Source: an uncultured Cytophagales bacterium (GTDB lineage Bacteria; Bacteroidota; Bacteroidia; Cytophagales; Spirosomataceae). From it: a stretch of 64,000 bases of DNA. The notes beneath the pieces are model-generated. The model did no database searches. It saw only the letters and a list, made by a program, of their open reading frames with translations, and was not told where the DNA came from. Shown here in pieces: positions 36,248-45,805 of the stretch. The stretch is taken from the NCBI GenBank assembly GCA_964244295.1, contig CAXTIG010000012.1, positions 1 to 64,000 of the forward strand. Direction: 5' to 3'. The stretch's first letter is position 1; each line of letters starts with the position of its first letter. Made by a program: the position numbers and the translations under genes.

Positions 36248-37198
36248 TTAGTACGAATACGTGGACGTCAGGGTACCGCCTGGGCCGCTGCGCACGCACT
36301 GGGTTGGATAACCCTGGCCGTTATACGCGTACACGAAGGTTTCCCGGCTGATTTCCGACCCGTCTTTGAAACGCACGATTTTGGTGCCGTAGTTACTGAC
36401 CCGGAACGTCACATCGGGCAGGTAAGGGTAGGTAGTCAGCAGGTTTTCGACGTGTTTGCCTTCGTCCAGGTAGTTTCCGTAGTGCGTCGTCGTCTCCAAC
36501 GCGTAGTCACCCGATGCCGGACTTTTTACGAACTGAGAAACCACGCGCAGGTTGCCCCGGCTGTCGTATTGGTAGGTTTGCCGGGTTTCCTGCAACCCAT
36601 TGGTGCGGTTTTCGGTATCGACCTGGAGCAACTGGTTCGTTGTCGAATACGCGTACCCGTGTACGTTCAGGCGTTTCCCAGCCGACGAGTATTCTTCCGT
36701 GCGCGTCACGCGGTCGCCCTCGTAGAGGTACCGCACGGAACCGCCCCCGGCGATGTCAACCCGGTTGAGCCGCTGGTCGGGGCCGTACAGAAACTGGTAC
36801 ACAGTGCGTTGAACCCGACCCGTGCTCTGGCTGGCTACGTACTGGCTCGTGTACTGCACGGGTTTCCCCTCGGCGTCGGCGTTGATTTCCTGAAAATCCC
36901 GCGAAGACCAGGCAATTTTCAGGGTTTTGAAAACCCCAACCGGACCACCCGGCTTCGGCCCCGTTGAATCGCCGGGGAGCGGGCCGTTGGGAGTACCGGG
37001 CTTGGAACCCGTCGAGTCGCCCGGCACGGAGCCGGTGTCGCCGGGAAGTTTGATGGGCTCAACCGAGGAGCGATGGCAGGCCGTTGCGAGCAGTGCGGCG
37101 GCGAGGACGAGGGTGAATCGGTTGAAAAAAGGCCGATTGTCTTGCGGGTGAACGGGTGCCAGCGAAGCACCGGAGCGGGCGTTTTTTGACGTTTTCAT
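36248..37198 (-). CDS. lipoprotein with Pro/Gly/Ser-rich internal repeat and YD-repeat-like C-terminal region
   Basis: ORF trimmed to MKTSKNARSG...LLATACH. Internal repeat PGDSTGSKPGTPNGPLPGDSTGPKPGGP. The C-terminal segments YQYDSRGNL and YLYEGDRV resemble YD repeats. Confidence 0.5.
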   Translation of the reverse strand: MKTSKNARSGASLAPVHPQDNRPFFNRFTLVLAAALLATACHRSSVEPIKLPGDTGSVPGDSTGSKPGTPNGPLPGDSTGPKPGGPVGVFKTLKIAWSSRDFQEINADAEGKPVQYTSQYVASQSTGRVQRTVYQFLYGPDQRLNRVDIAGGGSVRYLYEGDRVTRTEEYSSAGKRLNVHGYAYSTTNQLLQVDTENRTNGLQETRQTYQYDSRGNLRVVSQFVKSPASGDYALETTTHYGNYLDEGKHVENLLTTYPYLPDVTFRVSNYGTKIVRFKDGSEISRETFVYAYNGQGYPTQCVRSGPGGTLTSTYSY

Positions 37199-37586
37199 GA
37201 GAAAGAAAAATTGGGATGAGTGAGAAGCAGCGGGTAGGCTGCCGTTCTGGTTGAACGACACAAAACTGGCCGACAACCCCCGCTCCCGAAACGGCGCGGC
37301 CCCCGAACGGGTACGAATTGCTTCCGAAACGTTGGATTTCATGCCCCGAATCGGGGCGGATGGAAGGGGCTGGGCGGGTCGTTGACGCACCCGTCTTTTT
37401 TCAACGGAGCAAGTCGATGGCTTGCTCCAGCGCCCGGTTGTGCCCTGCTTTCAACTCGGCGGGCTGATTCTTAGCCAGCACCGTTGGGGTGATGCCACGG
37501 AATAACGCGCATCCTGACCTGAATCTGCCGGTACGAATCAGGCTGATTTTTTCCCGTAGAACAAGCCCACCCGTTGGGAATCGAGG

Positions 37587-38486
37587 TCAGCTAACCGATT
37601 CGATCCCAATTTCTACCCGATGCGACACCTGAGCACGTCCGCCTACCATTAGTCCAGTGATAACGCCGTGTTCCAGATGAAGCCGCACTGTTAGCACACT
37701 CGGTGACGGAGGGTGCATCAGATGACCCTGTTCGATGAGAAAGGTCGTTTTCTTCAACGGCAGAAATTCATGCAGATAGCAGGCCAGTGGCCCAGCCGCC
37801 ATACCCGTAGCCGCCTCTTCGGCGATACCGTAAGCGGGAGCGAACATCCGGGTACCGGCGTCCCGCCCGGGTTTTTGCCCGGTTGGCGAGAAAATGTAAT
37901 AGCCAACCAAGCCCAGTTTTTCGCTGATGGCCTTCACCGCTGACTGGTCGGGAACCACCCGCTGAACGATCCCGGCCGACTCTACGGGAACAATCAGAAA
38001 CGAATTGCCGGTATTGACAACCAGGGGCGAGAGGCCATTGAGTAGTTCAGCGGGTGACAGGCCGAGCGATTCGAGAATGGCATTCTGAGACACTTCGGGG
38101 GCTAGGCTATCCGGGGGAGTGAACGTGGGGGCCGTTTGTTCCATAAAAGCCTGAGCATCGTCCAAAACAATCAACCTAGTGCCGTCAACGGTTTCCATTG
38201 AGCTCTGCTTTTTGGTCAACAGTCCTTGTTGAGCGAGGTAAACGTACGCGGCAATCGTGGCATGGCCGCATTGTGCAATCTGACGGGTGGGGGTGAAGAA
38301 CTCCAACTTGAAGTCTGCAACCGACGACGGAGAAATAAAGGCCGTTTCGGAAAGCCCTACGTTCGTCGCAATCGTCTGTTTGGTCGTTTGATCGTAGCGT
38401 TCGGCGTTCAGGACGATGCCTGCGGCATTACCGCCTTGGGTCGTATCGACAAAGGCGTTAACAAGGTTGACTTTTACGGTTTGCAT
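37587..38486 (-). CDS. PhzF-family phenazine-biosynthesis-like isomerase
   Basis: 299 aa. AFVDTTQGGNAAGIV, ETAFISP, FTP..E...CGHATIAA are typical PhzF/YddE signatures. Confidence 0.75.
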   Translation of the reverse strand: MQTVKVNLVNAFVDTTQGGNAAGIVLNAERYDQTTKQTIATNVGLSETAFISPSSVADFKLEFFTPTRQIAQCGHATIAAYVYLAQQGLLTKKQSSMETVDGTRLIVLDDAQAFMEQTAPTFTPPDSLAPEVSQNAILESLGLSPAELLNGLSPLVVNTGNSFLIVPVESAGIVQRVVPDQSAVKAISEKLGLVGYYIFSPTGQKPGRDAGTRMFAPAYGIAEEAATGMAAGPLACYLHEFLPLKKTTFLIEQGHLMHPPSPSVLTVRLHLEHGVITGLMVGGRAQVSHRVEIGIESVS

Positions 38487-38708
38487 GGGATTTGATAAAA
38501 GAACGTGAGATTGGTCGAATGATACGGCAGATTGAACTTGTCCTCACCGGTACAAAATGGACTTCCCTGACCCGCTTGTACTTAAAAATGGACTACGAAA
38601 AGTGACCGCTAAACCCTGTTTGTTCACGCAAGGAGGCTGAATGCAATCCATTCGAGACCCGGCAAACAACACGATAGCCCGAAGTTGACCGCTTCCGGCC
38701 TCCGGTAG

Positions 38709-39533
38709 TTATTCCCCTAACCAAACTTTAAATTCCCCCGCCCGGTCCCGGCTGATGATGACTTCCTCGCTGAAGGCGGGCCGGAGCGCCGCCTTCAATT
38801 TGCCGTTGAAATAAACACTGACTTTTTCAATCGCCCGCAGTTCGACGATGAGTTGCCGGTTGAGCCGGAAGAAGCGTTCCGGGGGAAGCATACGCTCCAG
38901 TTCTTCCATCGTGTAGTCCACCATCCACTCGTGGGCGTCGCGGGTTTTGAGGTAGGAAAGTTTGTTGCGCGAGAAAAAATACGTCACCTCGTCGAGCGGC
39001 ACCGAAAACAGCCGCTGGCCCTGTTTGATGAGAAAACGATCCCGGACCAGAGGATCCCGGTCAGCCTGACGGCCGGGTTGAAGTTCCGGGCGGAGCGGGG
39101 TCGTCGGGGGCAAACTCAGGTGCCGGAGCAAATCGGTCAGCGACGATTCCAGGGTGCCGGGCGAGTCGGCCAGCGCCCGTTTCATGTCCCGCAGCTTGGT
39201 CAGGGCGCTGCGCAGGTCGTCTTCCTTGACGGGTTTCAGCAGGTAATCCACGCTGTTGACCCGGAACGCTTTGATCGCAAATTCGTCGTAAGCCGTCGTG
39301 AAAATCACCGGGCAGGTAACCGGCACCCGGTTGAAAATCTCGAAACTCTGCCCGTCGGCCAGTTCGATGTCCATCAGAATCAGGTCGGGGGCGGGCTGGG
39401 TTTGCAGCCAGGCCACCGATTCTTCCACGCTGCCGGTCGTTCCGACCACGCTGGCGTTGGGTTCCACGTCCGCCAGGAGGCGTTTCAGCTTGCGGGCGGT
39501 GGGTTCTTCGTCTTCAATGAGCAGGATAGTCAT
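38709..39533 (-). CDS. LytTR-family response regulator (second)
   Basis: 274 aa. ILLIEDEEP, DLILMDIELADG, FRLNRQLIV. Confidence 0.85.
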   Translation of the reverse strand: MTILLIEDEEPTARKLKRLLADVEPNASVVGTTGSVEESVAWLQTQPAPDLILMDIELADGQSFEIFNRVPVTCPVIFTTAYDEFAIKAFRVNSVDYLLKPVKEDDLRSALTKLRDMKRALADSPGTLESSLTDLLRHLSLPPTTPLRPELQPGRQADRDPLVRDRFLIKQGQRLFSVPLDEVTYFFSRNKLSYLKTRDAHEWMVDYTMEELERMLPPERFFRLNRQLIVELRAIEKVSVYFNGKLKAALRPAFSEEVIISRDRAGEFKVWLGE

Positions 39534-40626
39534 GGGACGTTGCGGGTTGAATGAGGGGGAGGAGTACCTGAAACGTGGCGTCGGTTTGTTTCACTACCAC
39601 GTCCGCCTGGCCCAGCAGGCGGTACTTGCTGGTGATGGTACGCAGGCCCAGTTGGCTGGACACCACGGGGGTTTGTTTTTTTTGCAAATTGTTCAAAACG
39701 AACAGGTTGTCGGCTTCGTCGGAATAAATCCGGATCCGGAGCGGTCGGGCGGGCAGGGCGGCGTTGTGCTTGACGGCGTTTTCCACCAGCAGTTGCAGCG
39801 TCAGCGGCGGAATCAAAAACGGCAGGTGGCGTTCGTCCACGTCCAGGGCCAGTTCCACGCTCCGCCCGAAGCGCATTTGCAGCAGGTGAAAGTACGCCCG
39901 GATGAAATCCAGTTCGTCGGCCAGGGAGGTCAGCGGCTGGTCGTTGGTGCGAAGCAAATACCGGTACACCGAGGCCAGTTCTTCGATAAACCGCTCCGCC
40001 TGCCGGGGGTTTTCGGCAACCAACGACGACAGTGTACTCAGGCTGTTGAACAGAAAATGCGGGCTGATTTGCTGTTTCAGGCTCTCCAACTGGGTTTGCA
40101 GGTGTTCTTTCTTCAGCGCCTCCGTTTCCCGCTCCGACCGCAGCAGGCGGGCGAAGTAATACACCGCTTCCAGCGCACCCACGATCACGGTGCTCCGCAG
40201 CAACGCGCTCGAAACCGTGTTGAAAAACGCCGAATCGGGGTACGGCGCGTGGTAGCCCGTGGCGTTGATGAGCAGCATGTCCAGCCAGTCGAGGAGCACG
40301 GTCGCCCCCCAACACACGGGCAGGGCCAGCAGGAGGCGGGTTCGGCTCTGGGAAAGCAGCGGGTACCCGCGCCGGAATCGGCCTAAAATCCAGCGAATCG
40401 TTTCCCAGGTAACGACCGCCAGGAGCAGAAACTCAAGCCCGTGCGCCAGGCTGTTCGCGTTGAGCGGCTTCGCGAAAAACTGGAACCCGTACAGATCCCG
40501 CACGACCAGCAAGCTGATGCCGCCCACGCGAATCCATCGATCATTGACTTCGTTCAAGGGACGTTTGGCGTAAGGTTTTGTCCAATGACCAAAGCTACAC
40601 CGCAGCGGTAGTACGCCCCAACGCAA
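39514..40626 (-). CDS. sensor histidine kinase, LytS-type (second)
   Basis: ISPHFLFNSLSTLSSLV H-box and LQLLVENAVKHN N-box. Overlaps the response-regulator gene by 20 nt. The true start may be an internal Met. Confidence 0.75.
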   Translation of the reverse strand: MRWGVLPLRCSFGHWTKPYAKRPLNEVNDRWIRVGGISLLVVRDLYGFQFFAKPLNANSLAHGLEFLLLAVVTWETIRWILGRFRRGYPLLSQSRTRLLLALPVCWGATVLLDWLDMLLINATGYHAPYPDSAFFNTVSSALLRSTVIVGALEAVYYFARLLRSERETEALKKEHLQTQLESLKQQISPHFLFNSLSTLSSLVAENPRQAERFIEELASVYRYLLRTNDQPLTSLADELDFIRAYFHLLQMRFGRSVELALDVDERHLPFLIPPLTLQLLVENAVKHNAALPARPLRIRIYSDEADNLFVLNNLQKKQTPVVSSQLGLRTITSKYRLLGQADVVVKQTDATFQVLLPLIQPATSHDYPAH

Positions 40627-40911
40627 GGCGGGCCGAACCTTCCAAAAAAACGGCTGAACTGTCGGAGTGCGGGCCTCAATCGCTGGGGAGGGGTCATGGA
40701 TTCAGACCAGGGAGCGGCAGCAAGCAGGCGAGCACTTTTCCTGTTTTACGGTTTTTGAACGGAAAGAATTCAAAAGCACGTCCCCGCGCGATGAATTTTT
40801 GGGCGTGATGCGAGGGTTGGGAGCGGTTCGTTCATCAAGTTTACCGGTAACTTTGGGCGCAAACGTCCTTTGCCAGGGCGTGGCCCGTTTCCAAAAAAAC
40901 CTCCGAACCCG

Positions 40912-43900
40912 ATGCTCCGTACCAAACCCGTCCAAATCTCCCTATTCCTGCTGGCGCTGCTCGTCCTCGTGACGGTGGCCTGCGTAAAAATGACTAGCTC
41001 CAAAACCTCGCGCTCGGCGATGGTGGTGGTGAACGAAGACCCCGCCCAGGGCCGCGTGCGGGCAAAAGAAATCCGCGACAAGGCCAGCGTCACCCTCGCC
41101 GAGGGGCTGCAACTGAGCCTCTGGGCCTCCGATTCGCTGGCGCCCGACCCCGTGTCGATGTCGATCGACGACCGGGGCCGGGTGTACCTGACCCGCACCA
41201 ACCGGCAGAAAAACTCCGAATTCGACATTCGCGGCCACCGCGACTGGATGACGCCCTCCATCGCCCTGCAAACCGTTGAGGAACGCCGGACTTTTCTCCG
41301 AAAAACCTTCGACCCGAAAAACAGCACCGAAAACGAATGGCTCAAGGACCTCAACGAAGACGGCAGCCACGACTGGCGCGACCTGACGGTGGAAAAAGAC
41401 GAGGTCTGGCAACTCGAAGACACCGACCACGACGGCATCGCCGACGTGTCGCGGCGGATTCTGGCTGATTTTTTTGAAGAAATCTCCGACGTGGCCGGGG
41501 GAATCCTCGTGCGGGCGAAAGACACTTTCGTAACCATCGCGCCCGATCTGTGGCGGCTCCGCGACACGAACGGCGACGGCGTTTTGGACCAAAAAACCTC
41601 CATCAGCCACGGCTACGGCGTTCACATCGGCTTCGGCGGGCACGGAATGTCCAACCCCATCGAAGGGCCGGACGGCCGGATTTACTGGAACATCGGCGAC
41701 ATCGGGGCCAACATCACCACCCCCGAAGGCGTCAACCACCCGCGTTCCAACGAAGGCATCATTGCCCGCGCCAACCCCGACGGCTCCGACTTCGAGGTCT
41801 TCGCCGGGGGGCTGCGCAACACCCATGAATTCGTGTTCGACGACTACGGCAACCTGATTTCCTCGGACAACGACGGCGACCACCCCGGCGAAAGCGAGCG
41901 GCTGGTTCACGTCGTCGAAGGCTCGGATGCGGGCTGGCGCTCCAACTGGCAGTACGGAAAATACACTGACCCGAAAAACAACAGCTACAAAGTCTGGATG
42001 GACGAAAAGCTGTACAAACCCCGCTGGGAAGGCCAGGCGGCGTACATCATCCCGCCCATCCAGAATTTTCACAACGGCCCCACCGGGATGGTGTACAACC
42101 CCGGCACCGCCCTCGGATCGGCTTGGAAAAACAAATTTTTTCTCGTTGAATTCGTCGGTAACCCCGCCCGCTCGCCGATCTGGTCGTTCGGGTTGAAACC
42201 CAAAGGTGCGTCGTTCGTGCTCGACGGGGAGAAAAACATCCTCAGCGGCCTGCTGCCCACCGGCATCCGCTTCGGCCCCGACGGGGCGCTGTACGTCGCC
42301 GACTGGATCAATGGCTGGGATACCAAAAATTATGGACGCGTCTGGAAACTCGACGTGACGGAGGAAAAAGCGGATTTGAAAACCCTCCGGGCCGAAACCC
42401 AGCGGCTGATGACCCTCGACTACGCCACCCTAACGGTGGACGTGCTGGGCAACCTGCTCGCCAACCCTGACCAGCGAATCCGACAAAAAGCCCAGTTTGA
42501 ACTGGCCGGGCGCGGGGCCAACGGAGCCGCCGTTTTTACGAAAACCATCGGCCAACGGGAAAATCAACTCGCCCGCATTCACGCCATCTGGGGCACGGGT
42601 CAGTTGGCGCGGCAGCAAGCCGCCTACGGCCAGCCCCTGCTCCCCCTGCTGGCCGACAAAGACCCCGAAATCATCGCCCAGGCGGCCAACGTGCTCGGCG
42701 ATGCCGCCCTGCCCGAAGCCGCTCCGTTGCTGATTCCGTTGTTGAGCAACGCCAGCCCCCGCGTTCAGTTTTTCAGCGCACAGGCGCTCGGACAACTCCG
42801 GCACCAGCCTGCGGTTCAGCCCTTGCTGGCGATGCTCAAAGCCAACCACGACGACGACGTGTACCTGCGCCACGCCGCCGTGCTGGCGCTTTCGCGCATC
42901 GGACAGGCCGAGCCGATGCTGGCGTTGGCGAACAATCCCGACAAATCGCTCCGCCTGGCCGCCGTGCTCGTGTTGCGGCGAATGAAAGACGCCAACGTGG
43001 CCCGGTTCCTCCAGGACAGCGACGAGTACATCGCGACCGAAGCGGCCCGGACCATCAACGACGACGAGTCGCTTCCTTCGGCGCTGCCCGCCCTAGCCGC
43101 GACGCTGAAAGAAACGCGCTTCACGTCGGAAGCCCTGCTCCGGCGCGGCATCAACGCCTGCGTCCGGGTGGGCGGCGAGGAGCAACTCGATCTGCTGCTG
43201 GCGTTTGCGAAGCGAAAAACCGTTGAAAAAACCCTGCGGGCCGAGGCCCTGGCCGCGCTGGGCACCTGGGCCAGTCCCTCGGTACTCGACCGGGTGGATG
43301 GGCGCTACCGGGGCATCGTGGAGCGGAATCCGGTGCTGGTTCGGGGAAAAATCGGACCGCACGTGGAGGCGTTGTTGAATGATTCGGACGAAGTCGTGCA
43401 GATCGCCACGGCGCAGCTACTCGGCAACCTGGCGCTGGCGGAGGCGAATCCCCCGGTGGTGCGCCTGTTCAACGAGAGCCGCTCCGCCGACGTGCGGGCG
43501 GCGGCGCTGACGACGCTCGGTCAGTTGAAGTACGGCGACCTGGAATCGCTCATCAAAAAAGGCATGAACGACCCCAACCCCGACGTGCGCACGGTGGCCC
43601 TGGGGCAACTGAGCGGCCAAACCCTCTCGGCGGAAACACTGGCGGAGGTGTCGAAAGCCATTTTCGAAAAAGGCAGCGTGAAGGAGCAACAGCAACTACT
43701 CCGGGTGCTGGGCACCATGCCCGCCGCGAATACCGAGCGGGTTCTCGACGGCCTGGTCGACAAACTGGCTGCCAAAACGCTGGACCCCAGCCTGACGCTG
43801 GAACTGGGCGAAGCCGTGGACGCCACCAAATCGGCTCCGCTGCTGGCCAAACTGGCCCCGCTGCGTTCCACGGGCACCGGTACGACGGCCGATTTCAGCG

Positions 43901-44334
43901 ATGTACTTTTTGGCGGCAACCGCCAGGCGGGGCGGCAGGTTTTTCTGACCAATTCCACCGCGCAGTGCGTGCGTTGCCACGCCATCGGCGGGCAAGGGGG
44001 CGAGGTCGGGCCTTCGCTGACGACCATCGGAGACGTGTTGAGCCGGGAACAACTGCTTCAGGCCCTCATCGAACCCAGCGCCCGGCTGGCGCCCGGCTAC
44101 GGCAGCGTCACCCTCACGCTGAAAGACGGACAGGTGGTCAGCGGAATTTTAACCCAGGAAACGGAGGGAGAACTGGTGCTGAAAACCACCGAAGCCGAAC
44201 CCCTGAAAGTGCCCGTTTCGCGGATTACCAAGCGCGAAAACTTCCCTTCCAGCATGCCCCCGATGGGCACGCTCCTCTCCAAACGGGAACTCCGCGACGT
44301 GGTGGAATTTTTGGCGAATTTGAAGAAAAGGTAA
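40912..44334 (+). CDS. large lipoprotein: membrane-bound-dehydrogenase-like beta-propeller + HEAT repeats + C-terminal PVC-type haem-binding CxxCH domain
   Basis: ORF trimmed to MLRTKPVQISLFLLALLVLVTVAC. Central HEAT-like repeats (RHAAVLALSRIG..., LRLAAVLVLRRM...). C-terminal CVRCH cytochrome-c motif. Confidence 0.7.
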   Translation: MLRTKPVQISLFLLALLVLVTVACVKMTSSKTSRSAMVVVNEDPAQGRVRAKEIRDKASVTLAEGLQLSLWASDSLAPDPVSMSIDDRGRVYLTRTNRQKNSEFDIRGHRDWMTPSIALQTVEERRTFLRKTFDPKNSTENEWLKDLNEDGSHDWRDLTVEKDEVWQLEDTDHDGIADVSRRILADFFEEISDVAGGILVRAKDTFVTIAPDLWRLRDTNGDGVLDQKTSISHGYGVHIGFGGHGMSNPIEGPDGRIYWNIGDIGANITTPEGVNHPRSNEGIIARANPDGSDFEVFAGGLRNTHEFVFDDYGNLISSDNDGDHPGESERLVHVVEGSDAGWRSNWQYGKYTDPKNNSYKVWMDEKLYKPRWEGQAAYIIPPIQNFHNGPTGMVYNPGTALGSAWKNKFFLVEFVGNPARSPIWSFGLKPKGASFVLDGEKNILSGLLPTGIRFGPDGALYVADWINGWDTKNYGRVWKLDVTEEKADLKTLRAETQRLMTLDYATLTVDVLGNLLANPDQRIRQKAQFELAGRGANGAAVFTKTIGQRENQLARIHAIWGTGQLARQQAAYGQPLLPLLADKDPEIIAQAANVLGDAALPEAAPLLIPLLSNASPRVQFFSAQALGQLRHQPAVQPLLAMLKANHDDDVYLRHAAVLALSRIGQAEPMLALANNPDKSLRLAAVLVLRRMKDANVARFLQDSDEYIATEAARTINDDESLPSALPALAATLKETRFTSEALLRRGINACVRVGGEEQLDLLLAFAKRKTVEKTLRAEALAALGTWASPSVLDRVDGRYRGIVERNPVLVRGKIGPHVEALLNDSDEVVQIATAQLLGNLALAEANPPVVRLFNESRSADVRAAALTTLGQLKYGDLESLIKKGMNDPNPDVRTVALGQLSGQTLSAETLAEVSKAIFEKGSVKEQQQLLRVLGTMPAANTERVLDGLVDKLAAKTLDPSLTLELGEAVDATKSAPLLAKLAPLRSTGTGTTADFSDVLFGGNRQAGRQVFLTNSTAQCVRCHAIGGQGGEVGPSLTTIGDVLSREQLLQALIEPSARLAPGYGSVTLTLKDGQVVSGILTQETEGELVLKTTEAEPLKVPVSRITKRENFPSSMPPMGTLLSKRELRDVVEFLANLKKR

Positions 44335-44351
44335 CGAAATTGCCCCGTGTT

Positions 44352-44460
44352 CCCCCATCGGCTGTCATCCTGGAAGGGGACCTTGTTTGACTACCGTTCC
44401 CCTCTGAGGAAACTAAACAGTAGGCCAACAAGGTCCCTCCAGGATGACAGCCGATGGGGG
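44352..44460. repeat. REP/MITE-like palindromic element, family A variant (GTCATCCTGGAAGGGGACCTTGTT), copy 3
   Basis: ccccatcggctgtcatcctggaaggggaccttgtt ... aacaaggtccctccaggatgacagccgatgggg. Lies between convergent genes. Confidence 0.7.
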
Positions 44461-44479
44461 GAGAGAGGTCGGGTAGAAA

Positions 44480-45580
44480 CTACCCCAACGACTTCACCGC
44501 CAGAAGCGGCAGCCGAACGCGAAAAAATGCGTCGGTCGTCTCCACCTGCACCGGCTCTTCGCTCAGTAATCGGTATTTTGCCGTCAGGCTGGCCAGACCT
44601 GCCTGCCCGGTTTTGAGCAGGATGGTTTTGGGTTGGCGGTTGTTGCGCACCTCCAGCCAGTCGATGAGGGTGAGGGAAATGCGCACCACCAGCGGCGCTT
44701 CCGCCGACATAGCGTTGTGCTTGATGGCGTTGTCGAGGAGGGTCAACAGGGTCAGCGGCGGTACCAGGAGCGAAGCCTGGGTCGGGCCAACCTGGGCGGG
44801 CCGTTCGATGCGCAGGCTTTTTCCAAAACGCACTTCCAGCAATTCCGCGTAAATGGCGATGAAGTCCAGTTCGGCCTGGAGGGTCACCAGTTCGGCCTGG
44901 CCTCCGGCGTCGGTCTCCTCGGCTTGTCGTCCGGCCTGGAGCAGGTAGCGGTACACCTTCGCGAGTTGATCCACGAAGCGCTCGGCCCGCCGCGGGTCGT
45001 CGCCGATGAGCACCGAGAGGGAATTGAGCGAGTTGAACAGAAAATGCGGGTTGAGTTGGCCCTTGAGCGCGTCGTACTGCCGTTGCAGGGCCTGGCGCTG
45101 CAACTGTTCGTCTTCGGTTTGGTCGCGGCCCCACTGCGCGTAGGTGTAAAACAGACTCAGCGCCCCGCACAAACTCACGTCGAACACCAATCCCAGCACC
45201 CAGATGGGCCGCACTGCCTCCCAGCTAAACCGCAGGCCCAAGGTCGGCACCAGGCTGTACGCCCAAACGTCGAAAATCGCCAGGAAAACCGTCAACCCGC
45301 CCACCACTAAAAACATGACCAGCGTGCGCAGGGTGGTCTGCCGGACGCCGGGGTAGCGCAGGATGACCCGCCGCACCGCCCACGTGAGGGTAACAATCGA
45401 CAGCCAATACAAGACAAATACCAGCACCGTTCCCACGCCGAACACCAGTGGGTCGTGGAAATAGCGCGGGCCGATAAAGTAATAATTGCCGAGTGGAAAC
45501 AACACCGGCATCATCAGCAGGTGGTAAAGCCACTCGTATTGGGAGAAAAATTGGGGCCGGAAAAACACCGGAACAGTCAT
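44480..45580 (-). CDS. sensor histidine kinase, LytS-type (third; no adjacent response regulator)
   Basis: LNPHFLFNSLNSLSVLI H-box and LLTLLDNAIKHN N-box. Multiple N-terminal TM helices. Confidence 0.75.
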   Translation of the reverse strand: MTVPVFFRPQFFSQYEWLYHLLMMPVLFPLGNYYFIGPRYFHDPLVFGVGTVLVFVLYWLSIVTLTWAVRRVILRYPGVRQTTLRTLVMFLVVGGLTVFLAIFDVWAYSLVPTLGLRFSWEAVRPIWVLGLVFDVSLCGALSLFYTYAQWGRDQTEDEQLQRQALQRQYDALKGQLNPHFLFNSLNSLSVLIGDDPRRAERFVDQLAKVYRYLLQAGRQAEETDAGGQAELVTLQAELDFIAIYAELLEVRFGKSLRIERPAQVGPTQASLLVPPLTLLTLLDNAIKHNAMSAEAPLVVRISLTLIDWLEVRNNRQPKTILLKTGQAGLASLTAKYRLLSEEPVQVETTDAFFRVRLPLLAVKSLG

Positions 45581-45702
45581 GCGCGTCAGTCCGAACGGGT
45601 AGAACCAAACGTCGAACCCGCGAATCTACCCAAGCCGAGGCCACCGGGCGCACCCTGACCGGGCCGACTGCGCAAGTTTACGCATGAATTGAGAAAAAAG
45701 AG

Positions 45703-45805
45703 GAATGGAGTGGATAGAGCAAAGAGTAGAGAGCAAAGAGTAGAGAGAACAGCGAAATGCATTTCCACTATCCTCTCTACTCTTTGCTCTTTGCTCTATC
45801 CATTC
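45703..45805. repeat. imperfect palindrome with internal 14-bp tandem units (AGCAAAGAGTAGAG)
   Basis: ggagtggatagagcaaagagtagagagcaaagagtagagag ... ctctctactctttgctctttgctctatccattc. Lies downstream of the lipoprotein gene at 45804. Confidence 0.6.

Noticed and set aside
37199-37586. Possible ncRNA in the 388-bp gap between the YD-like lipoprotein gene and the PhzF-like gene
   Set aside because: No strong hairpins, conserved motifs or repeat structure visible. Most likely a promoter/5'UTR region for the lipoprotein cluster. Would need covariance-model search to exclude.
40942-42072. 376-aa ORF antisense to the large haem lipoprotein gene
   Set aside because: Low-complexity Val/Ala/Gly-rich shadow ORF.
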